Assembly: GCA_002633005.1 (NCBI GenBank)
Contig: NMRA01000200.1
Coordinates: 248,151-312,150 of the forward strand
Direction of reading: 5' to 3'
DNA: 64,000 nt
Origin: Phoronis australis
Taxonomy: Eukaryota; Animalia; Phoronida
The translations under genes and the position numbers were made by a program. Below the pieces are notes generated by a model, which had not been told where the DNA came from, did not search any database, and was given only the letters and a program-made list of their open reading frames with translations. This document shows, in pieces, positions 14,301 through 27,300 of the stretch (position 1 is the stretch's first letter; each line of letters opens with the position of its first letter).

Positions 14301-17300
14301 AAATGTAAGTCCAGTATTAGGTTCTAATTCTTTACTATATATATATTGACTGGATGCCTAATATTTCTCAATTGGTCCATACAGCTATTAACGAAGTCCC
14401 TGAAAATACATACAGAATTGGTAACTAAAAAACTGACTAAATTGTGGCAATTGCATTGCGAAAATTTTATTCAGTAATAACAAAGTGGGAGTATAAAACC
14501 AAGTTACTGACATACCCCTGCAGAATTTAGCCTGGACTTAGAGCATCTCTATGGTATACCCGAAAAAATTGTCAGACTAGTTCATGAAAACTTCACATGA
14601 CAGGTGCTGCATGAAGGACAGCTGACTTTGTTAATTCAAGAGTCAGGCAAGGGTATCTTCTCTCTCCTTCGCTGTTCCTAGTAGTTCTGGACTGGGTTAC
14701 CAGAGTTGCTCTTTCGGACTAACCAGCAGGAACCCAATGGACATTTACTAAACAACTAGATAATCTGGAGTATGCAGATGACTTCTGTCTTCTGTCACAT
14801 TGCTTTCAAGACTTGAGTAGGACAGCCGCACTGTCAGAGACTGCTAAACCAGTAGGACTGTCCATCAATACCGAGAAGGCTAAGACAACGCATATACATA
14901 GCAGACAAGTAAATAATGTTGTCCTGGATGGTGATGAGATTGAACACGTCACACAATTAATTACCTAAGGTCAGTGTCGTCAGCATGGGTGGAGGAGCTG
15001 AAGAGGACATTAAAGCACGGATCAAGAAAGCTCGTCAGGCACATGCTATGCTAAAGCCTGTATGGTGCTCAAAGACCTACTCACTCAAGTCAAAGTTAAG
15101 AATCTTCAACTCTAATGTGATGTCTGTTCTTCTTTACGGTTCAGAGACGTGGAGACTTACAAAAACATTGAATTAAACAGAGTCCGGGTCTTCATAAATA
15201 GATGTCTGCGACAAATCCTATGGATTAAATGGTAAAACAGAATCACAAATGAAGAGTTCTGGCAGAGAACTCAGCATGGGAGTGTAGAGACTCAGGTAAA
15301 GAGGCGAAAATGGAAGTAGGTTGGACACACCCTCTGAAAACCTGCCGACAGCATCACAAAACAGGCTCTGTCCTAAAACCTGTATGGAAGTCGTCCGCAA
15401 GGCAGACCAGTCCAAACCTGGAGGAGAACAATAGAAGCAGAACTTCGAGAAACCAAATAGAACACGAAGCGGATAAGACAGATGGCAAACAACAGGATTC
15501 AATGGCGCTCAGTCACAGAGGCCCTATCCACCACGGGGTGGTAAGGGTTTTAAGTTAGGGCATCTGGCAAACAAAAGGCACATGCACAGTCAATTTGGGA
15601 ACAGAGTATTTTAATCTGAAAAAATCCACTTTGTCTCTTTATTACAATTACGTGAACTTAACTCTCACAAGAACATTGAAAGTGAAAGAAAGTTTATGTC
15701 ACACAAACTGCACTGTTAATACATCAAGCTGTAAACAACTGAACACAAGCTAGTAACCTTTGGTATTCCTATGTGGACATCTTTCATTGAGAGTTCATCG
15801 GGTATTGTAAAAGGCACATATTGATCTGGGACCGTAGTGCTGTCTTTCATATCATGACCAGCAAGAGCATCTGGAAGTGTACAACAAATATTACCAAATA
15901 TCCATGAAAATAGATTCTGAAATTTTAACGTGTAAGAAATGTTATGTGCAGTCAATAGCTAAGTATGTAGATATATGCGCTTATGTTATACATTTATCAA
16001 TGTAACTTTGCTCAACTCAGTAAATATCAAGTTAATATATTCTTTTTGGACTCGAATTGACAAAATATACTGCTGCTGTCACTGCCACTGCATGGACAAA
16101 TCTCAGTTAAAGAATTGAAGACATTAATCCGACAGAATTTCAAAAGTTAAATTATGAAATCAAGACCAAGTGTACTTTTAACAAAATACCACATTCAAAT
16201 TTGACCAGTGTTTCATACTTAGCACTTCGACAGCATCGTCAATACTCCTAGTAAATATTCCTGGCACATCCATTGAGTTGACAAGTGATATGAGTCCGTG
16301 TCGTGATATGAGGCCATACGTAGGTTTCAATCCCACAATGCCACAGAAAGAGGCAGGAATCCGCACAGACCCTCCCGTATCAGATCCTATACCGCTGATG
16401 AAACATAAAAGGCAACTATAACTATTGCTCATTCGAACATGGCGGTAACATACCAAAGGCAAAAAGTGGAAGTAACAAATGCCCTGGATACAGTTTGCTA
16501 ACAACATTGCTGACATATAAAATAACTATAGACATGATAACTGACGAATGGATTTATGGGCTCAGAACTTTTCAAGCATGGCAAGGAGTACTGCCTGCAA
16601 TAACAACACTAAGCACTACTTAATCTGTGTTTGTCACATAGCTTGCAGATATAATGATTATGGCACACAGCCCAGAAAATCACCTTGTCTTCATATCCAA
16701 GGTTCTCATTCACTCTCCATGCACCCATCCTCTGCTAAGACCGAGCTCAGAGAACTGAGACACTTTTGTGCTATGCTCGACTGTCTGCCAATAAAGTAAG
16801 GATTTGAATCTGGCTCTCATATGGGATTTTGGAGCTCAAACCATTGACCTATATGGTTGTGTGGTACAAGACCATTCATGACTAGGTACCATGAAACTGA
16901 CACGATGTTTGTAATGTGTTCAAAATCTGAAGAAAAGCAAAGGGATATGGGTGTTAATTTTCTAAGATGGCATTCAACACATTTTTGACTCGTAACCGTA
17001 ATGTGAAGCTTAAAATGTCAATTATTCAGTCTCTTATTGGTGATACACAATACATTACATCAGACCATTCATTGCATTCTTTATCCGGCAGTAGTTGAAT
17101 ATAACGTGCCCATATTTTGAGAACCAGTTTGATGCTCATTATTCAGTGGAGAAAACTGGTTCTCAAAATGCAAGCACATTATATACGACCATTACCCTTT
17201 ATCATGTAAAGACACCTACAAGTAGCAAGCACCAGAGGCCACTGCTGCAGCACTTCCACCTGAACTTCCACCCGGAACAAACCATTTGTCAGCACTAGTA

Positions 17301-19515
17301 ACATCCTCAGACATCGATACACTACTGTGCAAATGTCCATTTGTTTTTTTCAGAGAATCTCCTTTATCTGTAACAACAGTCCCACCAGGTGTAGAACAAT
17401 GCTGAATGGACTCTTTCTCGAATTTGTATTTCCAAGGATTCCTCACTGGACCATAAAATGAGTCAGTGCTTCCAGACCTAAAACAGGTACATATGACATG
17501 TTATGTTTCTGAGACTTATGAACCTGATTCCAACTATACAAGCAGATTAATTATGTTCACACCATTAAAGCACTAAGCAAATTACTGTCTTAGCTTCATG
17601 TTATTACAGATTTGTAAGCTATGAAATTTAAATTGCATTCTGGCATGAACTGAACAAAAGGCATGGATGGATGACATCAGTTGAAATCAGGGTATATTCA
17701 ACCACTCTATAACTCTCCAATTCCAACTCAGCATAAAGTTTGAGCGTTGTTCATTACCAGTCTTCAGCAGAAAGAAAATTTCATAGTCAAAATTTGATAT
17801 ATCAAGTCAAAACCTGGAAGTCCAGCAAAAAATTAGTGGTGTTTTGACGGATCAAATCTTATGCTAAAGAAACGTTACATTAGTACGTACCCCATAGCAA
17901 ATTCATCCATGTTAGACTTGCCCAAAATGACTGAGCCATTGTTAAGCAGCCGGTGTACAACAGTAGCATTATATGGCGGTACATAATTATCTAATATTTT
18001 TGATCCACACGTAGTCCTCACTCCTTGTGTACTGTAGTTATCCTTGACAAGCACTGAAATCCCATCCAATGAAGACAGAGGTTCTCCTAAAACAACATCA
18101 CACACTGAAAACATGCAGAGTGCAATGTACGATACAATGTACGATACAATGTACGATACAATGTGCAACATAAGTACAAAGCAACACCACATTTTCAAAT
18201 TAACAACATCAATCCTTCTTGCATCAAAAATACAAATGTTTTGCATTATTTAAGGGCACAGAGCTGCTATTTTTTTAAATTTAGCTTTTTACATCACAGA
18301 GCACAATACTTAGAACAGGAAATGAAATCTTTAACGGTTAATATCGAAACTAGATTGAAAAACCTTTCTTAAAGCGCTGTGAAGACTTTTCAGCTTGCTT
18401 TTGGGCCTCTGATGGTGTTAGCGTTGTGACTGCATTCAGATCATCAACTGCACGAAGACGCTTCAGGCACATCAAGCAGAGTTCCGTGGATGTCACTTGC
18501 CCAGTTTTGAGAAGACCTGATACCTGAATGACAAAATACCTTTTATCAACCTAACTGGATGGCATCTATTCAGCTGAAATAGCTTCATCTGTTGAATTGA
18601 ATAAAAATTGAGCTTCTATTGACCTGTATTTGAACTACATAATTTCCAGTGACACGAATAACAGGATAGCTTCTACTGACCTGAAATGATAGCAGATAAA
18701 CGAGCACAGTTTTGCTCTAAAATTCAAAATGGTCAAGGTGACATAAAAATGTACATTTGCAATGAACTTTGTCAATAAGATCTTCAAGTATGGCTCTGCT
18801 ATATAAACAATAAAAATGCCATAAATATTTTAGTACAATTGTACAATGAAGGCAGCACAACAGTCAAACAATATCCTCAACAAACCAAAACATATATGAC
18901 CTGTTTTTGTTAAGCAAACTAAAAATTCAACTGGTACATAAGAACAAAGGCTGACTATTACCTTCCATTCTCTTGCACTGTTACAACCAAGAAATGTTCA
19001 ACATCACGATCTAATCCAAAATCAGGTTTGATCAAACTTGACAAACAAGCCTAATGTGTTTGTACACAATACTGTTGTAACATGCAGGTCAGAGTTTACA
19101 ATCGCACAAAAGAATCTGAGGTCGAAAGTTACGTCTAATTTCTCCATTCAAAATTTTTTGGTGATAGTATTTCACACGACATTTGTTGAAAGTAGCTTGG
19201 AAATAGTATTTTCTTAAATATCGGTCAGACATGTTGCTTACAATATAATGACTGAATTACGTGAGCTTATCAGATGAACGCAGACAATGTGAGAGCTGGA
19301 CTATGTAAACATTGATTTGCTAACTTTCTCCCATTGCTATCACCGTCAAACTGATAACAACGAGGCTGTATTCCAAGTTCCCGATCAGCAAAATCGGGAA
19401 ACTCACCCCACAGTGCGAGGGCTTAACGAAACAGTGAACCCATGCATTGAACTCCCCGGCTTTGGAATATAACGAGATGTTAAAGATTTACCTCTCTCAA
19501 CGTCAAGGACAGCAT
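2302..19515 (-). CDS. QRSL1: Mitochondrial glutamyl-tRNA(Gln) amidotransferase subunit A (GatA, amidase family), 10 coding exons, ~535 aa
   Basis: Exons (minus): 19492-19515, 18364-18523, 17891-18086, 17220-17477, 16219-16394, 15758-15870, 12836-13028, 10841-10958, 10233-10438, 2302-2465. All GT-AG, phases consistent, 1608 nt. N-terminus [24 protein letters not shown]; amidase motifs [39 protein letters not shown]; also SNMARYDG and ANLAGIPA. Confidence 0.96.
3176..4723 (-). mobile_element. Non-autonomous Helentron-associated element (HINE/DINE-1/pearl-like), copy 1, near full length
   Basis: One end AACAAGAG + hairpin CAACGC-aga-GCGTTG + subterminal repeat ATGCGCC. Internal ~148-bp tandem subunits, then a GACG/ACGG-type microsatellite at ~4630-4678. 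Other end has hairpin CCACATAT-aa-ATATGTGG, the inverted subTIR and an A run (T run on minus). Confidence 0.8.
4870..9906. mobile_element. ~5-kb TIR DNA transposon flanked by TTAA target-site duplications, with decayed internal coding relic
   Basis: TTAA at 4866-4869 and 9907-9910. Imperfect TIRs: GTACTAGTCCACG..AGCGGCAAGGTGGGGGTCAACC (4870-4919) matches the reverse complement of 9844-9906. GC-richer disrupted frames on minus at ~7725-8254 and ~8682-9010. Confidence 0.7.
11415..12485 (-). mobile_element. HINE/pearl-like element, copy 2
   Basis: Same termini; perfect subTIR pair ATGCGCCCACA (~11440) / TGTGGGCGCAT (12470-12480); fewer internal subunits. Confidence 0.8.
13413..13640 (+). mobile_element. 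3' fragment of a restriction-endonuclease-type non-LTR retrotransposon (Hero/NeSL-like)
   Basis: Translates [29 protein letters not shown], resembling the AAExASxWLWxxRxxxW C-terminus I recall for this group, followed by a UTR-like tail. Confidence 0.4.
13896..14160 (+). mobile_element. tRNA-derived SINE (decayed)
   Basis: Head GGCTGTGTGGCCTAGTG (A-box-like) ... GTGAGTTTGAGTCTCACCGGGCC (B-box/T-arm-like) at 13896-13964; no intact cloverleaf; 3' boundary approximate. Confidence 0.5.
14500..15558 (+). mobile_element. 5'-truncated RTE-clade LINE, antisense in QRSL1 intron 6; disrupted RT C-terminus
   Basis: [19 protein letters not shown] (~14765-14785), [30 protein letters not shown] and WK*VGHTL motifs with stops and frameshifts; short TAAG-type tail at ~15542-15558. 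Confidence 0.85.
18123..18164. repeat. 12-bp tandem repeat (CAATGTACGATA) x ~3.5
   Basis: Directly visible in QRSL1 intron 2. Confidence 0.85.
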
Positions 19516-19984
19516 TGTTCACAAGTGTGCTTCAAGATCTGTAATAAATTAACAATCTTCAAGTTCATTTCATATTTTTAATTTTGAAATTATGGCGTCA
19601 CGTCTCAAATGCTTCTGTCTTGGTGAATGCATCTTGCATGTCATACCACCAAGAACATGTCTCATGGGTCTACCCTTAACGCTGATTTTGTATTTCCATT
19701 TATTATTCAAAGTTAATCGGAATAGGTGTTAACACTGACAAGTACTAAACAAAGTAAAAATAAATCAGATTACTGATACGATACTATAGCACAATTAAGT
19801 CTATTACACCAAACTTTTAGCCAAGATCTGTACCATAACACCAGCTAACATAGAGAGCTAGACTATGTTAAAGACTGGTTTGCCAACTTTTCTGCCCTTG
19901 CTATTGCTGTCAAACTGCTAACGATCGACACCGTAGTACCTCGAATTCCCGATCAGCGAAATCCCTGGCCAAAACTCCCCCACA
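19291..19984 (+). repeat. Two diverged ~125-bp direct repeats (19291-19411 and 19853-19984) bracketing the QRSL1 ATG exon
   Basis: Shared GAGAGCTRGACTATGT..TTGCYAACTTT..TTGCTAT..GTCAAACTG.TAAC..TTCCCGATCAGC.AAATC..AAACTC.CCCCACA. Confidence 0.7.
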
Positions 19985-20491
19985 AAAAGGGAGCGTACAC
20001 AAATTACATATCTCTGCCGTGTATTCTTACTACAAACATTTATGGTAGCAATTTTTTCTCAATAATTTGAATGACACCTCAATTAGTTAGATTCTCATTA
20101 AGCATTTTTCGTAAAGGAACACCAATACATTTACAACTACTTAATATATAGACCTAATGCATTTTCATTTGAAATTGTTGGTTTGCACCAACGGTTCTGT
20201 TGTTCATGAACTTGGAATCCTGCTTAACCTCAAAATCGTGCATGACATTGAAATTAAATATTCATGAAAATTAATCGGGCGATATTTTTTGTTCAGTTGT
20301 ACAGAACTTTTATAATTATTGGCCTTAAGGTCACCCATTTTCTCCTTTGCCTAAACTTGTGTCACTGACTCGAAGGTGCCTTCATATTTCCGTCAAAATG
20401 GTAAAGGAGCATGCCACTCAAAAAACAACCTAATTTGTATCAATTTAGATCGAGTAGTTCTACTCCATAACGACACATACGGTTGCGTTAC

Positions 20492-20795
20492 CTGACACCT
20501 GACGGCAGACGGACGTGTTGAAATTATCCAATGACACGCAGTCTGTTCAGCAGTTCACAACACGGGTTACTGGTGTCAGCTTATCACTTGAAGTCATCGT
20601 TTAATACCAATAAATCATCAAACTTCGATGTAAAACCCTTAAAAATACACCGAGTTCTTATAAAAACGTGTTGTTTTATTTCGCTTTTACGGATTTATTG
20701 GTATTTGGACACACCGTAGCCTACAAAGTTCGGCAGGTCGATGCTAGCGTCGTTTCTCACCTTCCTCACAGGTTAACGCGACACCTCTTAGCAAG
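20492..20795. promoter_or_regulatory. Putative bidirectional promoter with divergent non-coding first exons of QRSL1 and RTN4IP1
   Basis: Both ATG-bearing exons follow splice acceptors (minus-strand AG at 19539-19540; plus-strand attattAG at 24397-24398). Outward-facing donors: minus CAG|GTAAC at 20490-20494 and plus AAG|GTAAG at 20793-20800. The region is locally CpG-enriched. Confidence 0.55.
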
Positions 20796-21811
20796 GTAAG
20801 GTCAACCGTATGCAAGGCGAAGTGGATATAGACCGATTAAGACGGCAAAAAAGACTAATTAAATCGGGTGGCATTCTCCTTTAATCAGTTTTTGTTTGGT
20901 AAAGTGGTTGGTCAAAATTTACATTGTTTTGTTAATTACATGTAATTTGCTTTAGTTAAGCACAGTGCCAATTTTTATCAATGTGAATGTGAGAGAAGTT
21001 TTGAGAGAAGTTAATTGGCAAGTGTTTGCCGGATGGTGTATTCCAAGTTTACAAATACGAGAGATTAAACCGGATTCTAAGTTCACACACAGCAGGTCTC
21101 AAGAACAAGTAATTCAATCAAATAATGACGTTCATGTTGATAAAAATTTTGCACTGCACTAAAGTAAATTTCAACTGGTCAATGAACCTTTATTCAACAA
21201 TTGGCAATCTTTTTCTCCAAACAACAATCGATTTAACCAGTTCGCATATTCCTCTGATTCTTTGACACAAAAAGTCACGGCGAAGGAGAAAAATGGGTGA
21301 TCTTGAGGCCAATTATAACGACAAATTCTTTACACTACAAAAATTCACTAGACTGCCCAAACGAATAAGTGCTGGCTACGCCGACAGGAAGCAGCACAGG
21401 CCGCCACTTACAGCTGGTCAATGTTAACGACAGTCGAGCAAGTGAATCACGATTCCCTTAATCTCAAAAGAGGTACGCACGAACTACATTCGAACAACAT
21501 ACTCATGCCTTCCAGTAAACAAAGATAACCATGCACAAAAATTCGAACATCTCCCGAAGACGATACAAGGATAGTGGAGGTCCACTTCAGCTTCACATGC
21601 CTTGCTTTCCAACGTTTTGATGCAACAGCGTCACCTAGTGTTTGTTGTGATATATGGAATACCAACGCAAGAGGGAGTGCTGTTTCGTGAGAGAAAGGGA
21701 GAAAAAGGAAAGGTCTTGCTTCAGGTTCATATCTTCTGTGTTTTGAGTCAAAGACCTTCTTTATCATTTCATTTTGGTAATGACTTAAGTAGCAATCTTA
21801 AAATAACCGGA

Positions 21812-22061
21812 GGCTGAGATTAAGGAACGCATGATTTTCGCCCCTGCCTTGACATTTAGTTCTCTTGGACTTTTGAGCAGAAGTACACAAACATGACTCA
21901 CACGTCAAAATACAGCTAGGTAGCCTACCACTGTGTGTTAATGTTCCATAAACCCCGAAATTACACTCAGCCAGGGTAGTTCTGCTCGTCAATTCATCAT
22001 GAAACTTGTATCAACATGTAAAGCTAAAGAGTGGAGGGGGTGCATGCAAAATGTGGGAACC
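21812..22061 (+). repeat. Interspersed repeat, copy A (homologous to 43721-43954)
   Basis: GTCAAAATACAGCTAGGTA..CCACTGTGTGT..ACCCCGAAATT.CAC.CAGCCAGGGTAGTTCTGCTCGTCA..AACATGTAAAGCT..GGGTGCATGCAAAAT shared by both copies. Confidence 0.8.
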
Positions 22062-22972
22062 AGGCAATCACAATAATTATTAGGCCCATTAAGTTATTCA
22101 GTTATTGCCTGGTTCTCAAAATCAGGGACCACTATACCTGATATGCCCTCAGATGAGAAAGGGCTTGGGTTTCTGGGCTTGGAAAAATTATACAGATCAT
22201 GCTCAGCGACATACCATGACAAGTGAACTTGTAGCGCCCAATCTCGAGCAATCACAGTGTCTCAATTCTTTCTAAGCTCAGATGAGTCACCTCGAATTTC
22301 ACTTGATAAAAGGAACTGTTTGAGACCAATTACAGTAAGTGGCTGAACTTTTCCTGTCACAGAAGAGGGGTTCATAGATGCTTAATAAAAATGACAATGC
22401 AGGCCAGCATGTCCCATGCATGTCCTGAATGACAGTGAGCTAATTACATGCGTTTTAAGAGCTGTCATGNATGACACACAATGTGCGACTGGGCAAAGCG
22501 TTTTCAAAATAATGTGGATAAATCAGTGGAGTGTGAGACCCCTGAGGTCCCTGTCAAGTCCTCACGACAATTTTACGTTATGGACAGTGAGCTAATTACA
22601 TGCGTTTTAAGAGCTGTCATGTTCCTTCATAGAGTCACTCTCCTGTACTGCTTTTAGTATCTTAAGTTTCAACTACTGTGTATTAATTAAAGTTAGGCTT
22701 TAATTATAATAACCAAGCATGGATATTTAAAAATGAAATTTGTAAAAAATAAGAAGGTAGTCATTTTTCACTCACACTGGTGCAGAGGAGTACAGGGAAT
22801 GGTTAAGTATAAACTGTTAGATATCTGAAATAGGATACATGTAATGCCTTCAATGGAGTTACAGCTAATTGATGGCGAAAGTGGTTGTTAAATGTCACTT
22901 GAGACACATTTCATTAAAATGATATAACTTCATGATAGAATGAATGTTCATTGGTGGTGCTGTTACGTAGTG

Positions 22973-23496
22973 TAAGGAATAGAATAGTTACCTATCAGTG
23001 ACCTGTTTGTGTTTATGTACTAGCTTTCAGGCCCATCCTGGGCCCTTTGTCGGGGTACTGTCGGGAATCTTTATGTCACATGGCCACCAGTGGGTGGTCC
23101 TTGGCGGTTGTCAAGCATCCCCACTGTTTGGCAACCCTACAGCCGCCAGAGAACACCATATGGACACATCGCATAACATTTGCTAACCCACAGTCAAAAT
23201 ACCATCTAGAGAAAATAAATATTGTAATTATAAAATCAGAGACTGAGGCAGTCGAAATCATGAGCATTTAACCAAATTTGAACAGAGGCAGTGGATATGA
23301 ATTACCAGCTCTTGACCAGCACCTCCTCAAAAGTAACAGCCACCAGGTGGTGTTTGACAACTACCGAGGACCACCCACTGGTGGTCATGTGACATAAAGA
23401 TTCTTGCCTGTACCCCTATGAAGGGCCCAGGACTTACCTGAAAGCTAGGTCCACAAACACAAACAGGTCACCGATAGATAACTACTCTATTCCCTA
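22973..23496. mobile_element. Foldback MITE with long (~165+ bp) imperfect terminal inverted repeats
   Basis: 22973-~23135 (GGAATAGAATAGTTACCTATCAGTGACCTGTTTGTGTTT...CCACCAGTGGGTGGTCC) is the reverse complement of ~23340-23496; TA at both ends. Confidence 0.8.
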
Positions 23497-24398
23497 ACTT
23501 TACAACAGTTTTTACACAGATTCTTGCTTCAAAACTTGCAACTGATTCATGAGTCTCGGCTTAAACGCAGTGACATAAATATTACATAGCTACGACATTT
23601 TAGTGAAACGGCCCCCAGAACAAAATCTTTAGTTCTTTTCTGCTTCTCAGTCTGTGGCCAGCTGTTCTGATCACACACAAACAGTTCGTGGGAATCCCTG
23701 GTGCACAAGCATTTGGAGAACATTTTAAATAGAAGTTAGTCTTAAATTGTCATTACTTGAATTTTGTTCCCACATTTCATTATTTGTTTGGTATTCATTG
23801 TCATTAAAGTCATTTGGAATTCATTAATTTTTGGTATTTTCTTTTCATTTGTTATCAGAATCAATGTCACTTATAAAACTAGTTACACTCACATAATGGG
23901 TGCAATATAATGTGCTCTGTATTCCATCCTAGACTTGAACATTGGATTTAGATCTCATACTACAGTGAAATTTGTCTCAACTTATTCCGTACTCAGATGT
24001 GAAGTGATTTCTGGGTTTGCAAATAACTGACATCTTGTTATTCCTTGAGCCCATACTGAGCATCGTCACAAGTTAACTTTTAGAGCCTGGTCTTGAGCAG
24101 TAAGTAACTGTCAATTCTTTTGAAGCTGTGAAATCACCTTGGACTTGACATGGGACAATTTGTGACCATGTCTGATTGGTAAAGTGGATTTTGGAAACGG
24201 AAGGTACGGTAGGTTTATAGCTGCTTTAAAATCCTAGATTATTGGTGTTTTTTAAACACAGATATTTGAAGTTTAGGCTTTAAATTTTTTATGTCAAGAT
24301 TAATGTTTATTCGTTCTTGTTTTTACTACATTCAATACTTTTGTTTATTTTACCAGTTTACTCAGCTGCTAATACCATTTTTACATTTTTATTATTAG

Positions 24399-27300
24399 AT
24401 GGCTTGCATTGGTTTGATGACGCCAAGACTGAGGTGTGTTCTGGAGGTGTCAAGTTTGTGGAGCTGCTTGAGAAAACAGAGTAATTTAAAGATACCAGCT
24501 AGGCTGGCCTCAACTCACAATTGCGCCTGGCAAATCTATGAATATGGAAACAGAGAGGTGCTTACTTACACAAACACAAGACATATGCCCATAATTAGAG
24601 GTCCTAATGAACTTCTTATAGAGGTACTTGCTGCCAGTGTTAACCCCATTGATGTCAGAATGAGAGGTAAGTGGACCAAGTTTGTACAAGTCATTTGAAC
24701 ATCAACTTAACTATATTTTAAAATAAGTGAGGCAGCATTCACTTTCAGTTACTATTTGATCTTTTTTTTTTAATGTAATATTTACAATGAGGGTAGCCTC
24801 ATCAGTTCACACTGCTTTCCATGGGGGCCCTCAGAACTTGATTGATCTTGTACTATATTAAGACATATAATTAAATGTTGGTAGATCATTAAACTGAAGG
24901 ATGATATGGATTGATTTATAAGTCGGAAGAAAATAATGAGAAAGTTGTACTAATAGGTAGCTATGTAATGTAAATCTTAAACCGGCATGGGTAGAAATCT
25001 TTTCGGACTTGTGTTCATTAGGTCACGTGATGTGGCCAATTGGTGGCATGCTTACCACACTTAAAATGTTTGTGAACTAATAGGTAGCATTAATTAATTA
25101 CTTATTTATTTTGTGTTTCAGATGGCTATGGCTCTTCATTAATCAATATTCTTCGGTCTTTTAAGAATTCTTTGGACCATAACTCAGAATTCCCTCTAAT
25201 TCTGGGCCGAGACTTTTCAGGGATTGTTGTTGCTAAGGGTCATGGGGTACAAAACTTCAACGTTGGAGATGAGGTTAGTATTTATCTTGTTACTTTGTTC
25301 AGAATTATTAATTGGTGTTGGAGCATGTGCGCGATTTGGACCCCTGGGGAGGAAACGGGTAAAAATCAAAACATTTGCAAATGAATTTGTTTGTTTCTTT
25401 CAAACCCTTTTGCACAACCTTTCATTTTACTGTTTTCATTGTTTGCAGTGGCTTAGACTAGTAAAATTTTACCTTACCAGCAGCCTGTGTTTAATTAGAC
25501 AGCTTAGCTCTTTAGTTTGTCCTGGGCTCATCATGAGACCACTGGCAGGATTTCCTGGTCACGTCATCACCTCTTGACTTGTAATATTTCTTAACTTTTG
25601 ATGACAGTTCAAAGTCAGCCTGAATTGGAATTTCTGGCAAATAAACCAGTTAAGCAATGACTATTGTGGTGGCAGTTTGTTTGTGTGTGACATTTTATGT
25701 AATTAAAAACTGCATCATTGTTTGTTCCTCAGGGAAATGTGTGAAATTGCAATGATTTCTTGTGAATTGGAACCACTTAAATCAGTCATTCATTTATTAG
25801 TAGTTGAAGCTGATGTGTTTTGCTGTCAGCAGTATGATTGAATTGACTACAAATATAGTTGTGTCTCATGTTTCATGGCTAACCAAATCCTCGCAGGTGT
25901 GGGGTGCACTAGGAGGTGAGAGGCAAGGAACACATGCGCACTACACAGTGGCTGCTGAAGATGAGGTATTACTATAATCTTGTACTTTCCGTCCCTATCT
26001 TTATTCTAGGGACTGTACCATAAACTAAGCAGCACTTTAAGTCTTTTATTCTTGTGCTCTCCATCCCTATCTACATACTAGCACTGGATTAAACATAGCA
26101 AATACATAGTAGGGAAAATGGCATAGCTTGTGAGCACTTGTTGATTATTGTGTTCAGACTCATGTCTTCGGTGAGTTATGGTGTGCTTGGAGTTGGCACC
26201 AAAAACAAATTGTACAATCATGACAGATACACAACGGCTGCACTACGTTGGTCTGATGATCTATTCAAGTAAATGTGGGATGATGTAAATCCATTGTCTG
26301 CCATGATCATGAATGTCTGTGTATGCGTGTTATTACAATAATCGACAAGGGCAATTTTAAGTGTGAGAACTGTACCCCGAGACTGTTACATGGTTTAAGA
26401 GTTTCTGCAATCTCGTGAATGTGCTAAGCAGTGACGTTTTTCTTTCACAGTTTCACAGATTGGGAGGATTCTGTTTTTAAGTCAGTCTCAGTAAAGTCTT
26501 CAGTTAGCTAAAATGTGGAGTATTGACAGGGTTTATTTCAGCTGTTTTTAAGCTCCTTCTTTCTTCACTGCATTTTCAGATGTTATTCAGGCAAAATGAC
26601 CTGTGTGTTGAGATTGTCTGCCATCTGCTGATATTTGTTGATTTATTCTTATGGATGTTCATGTATTTTTGTGAAATGCTTGTTGAACATCTTTCTCCAC
26701 TACATTTTTCAGATATCCTTGAAGCCAAAGTCACTTGCCCATATTGATGCCGCATCTTTACCATATGTTGCTATGACAACACACTCAGCTTTTTGCAAAT
26801 TTGCACAGATCAATGAGGCTCACTTAGCAGGAAAACGGTATGCAAATTCACGTCTGCAGTGGACTCGACACACAGCAGCCGTAGTAATGACTACATCAAA
26901 ATTGGTCCACCATTCATCATTCTAACGCCAGTAAAGTTACAATGAGTTACAATGTTGACGTTAAAAGTTGAAAAGTCGACTGGTGCCATAATTTGTTCTT
27001 CATTTGTTCAACTTAGCTCAGTAGTGTGTTATCAGTGATCCTACCTTTTGAAAACTAGATGAATCTTACAAATTGCGATTTTCTACCTTAAGTTAGCTAA
27101 AGAGAAGAGTTAAACTAGGCAAGTGGTAATTGTTAGATCATGGTTTCTTTTTTACAGTGTATTGGTGATAGGTGGTGCTGGTGGTATTGGAACATTCACT
27201 ATCCAGTGGTTGAAGGCATTAGACGCCCATGTAACTACTGTGTGCTCAACAGATGGCGTTGACTTGGTCTCATCGCTAGGTGCTGATGATGTCATTGACT

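Noticed and set aside
21447-21817. Overlapping ORFs between QRSL1 and RTN4IP1
   Set aside because: No recognisable protein family and no supporting exon structure.
22431-22621. Exact 39-bp repeat (GACAGTGAGC...GCTGTCATG) on either side of a single N at 22470
   Set aside because: Probably a contig-join overlap or haplotype artefact.
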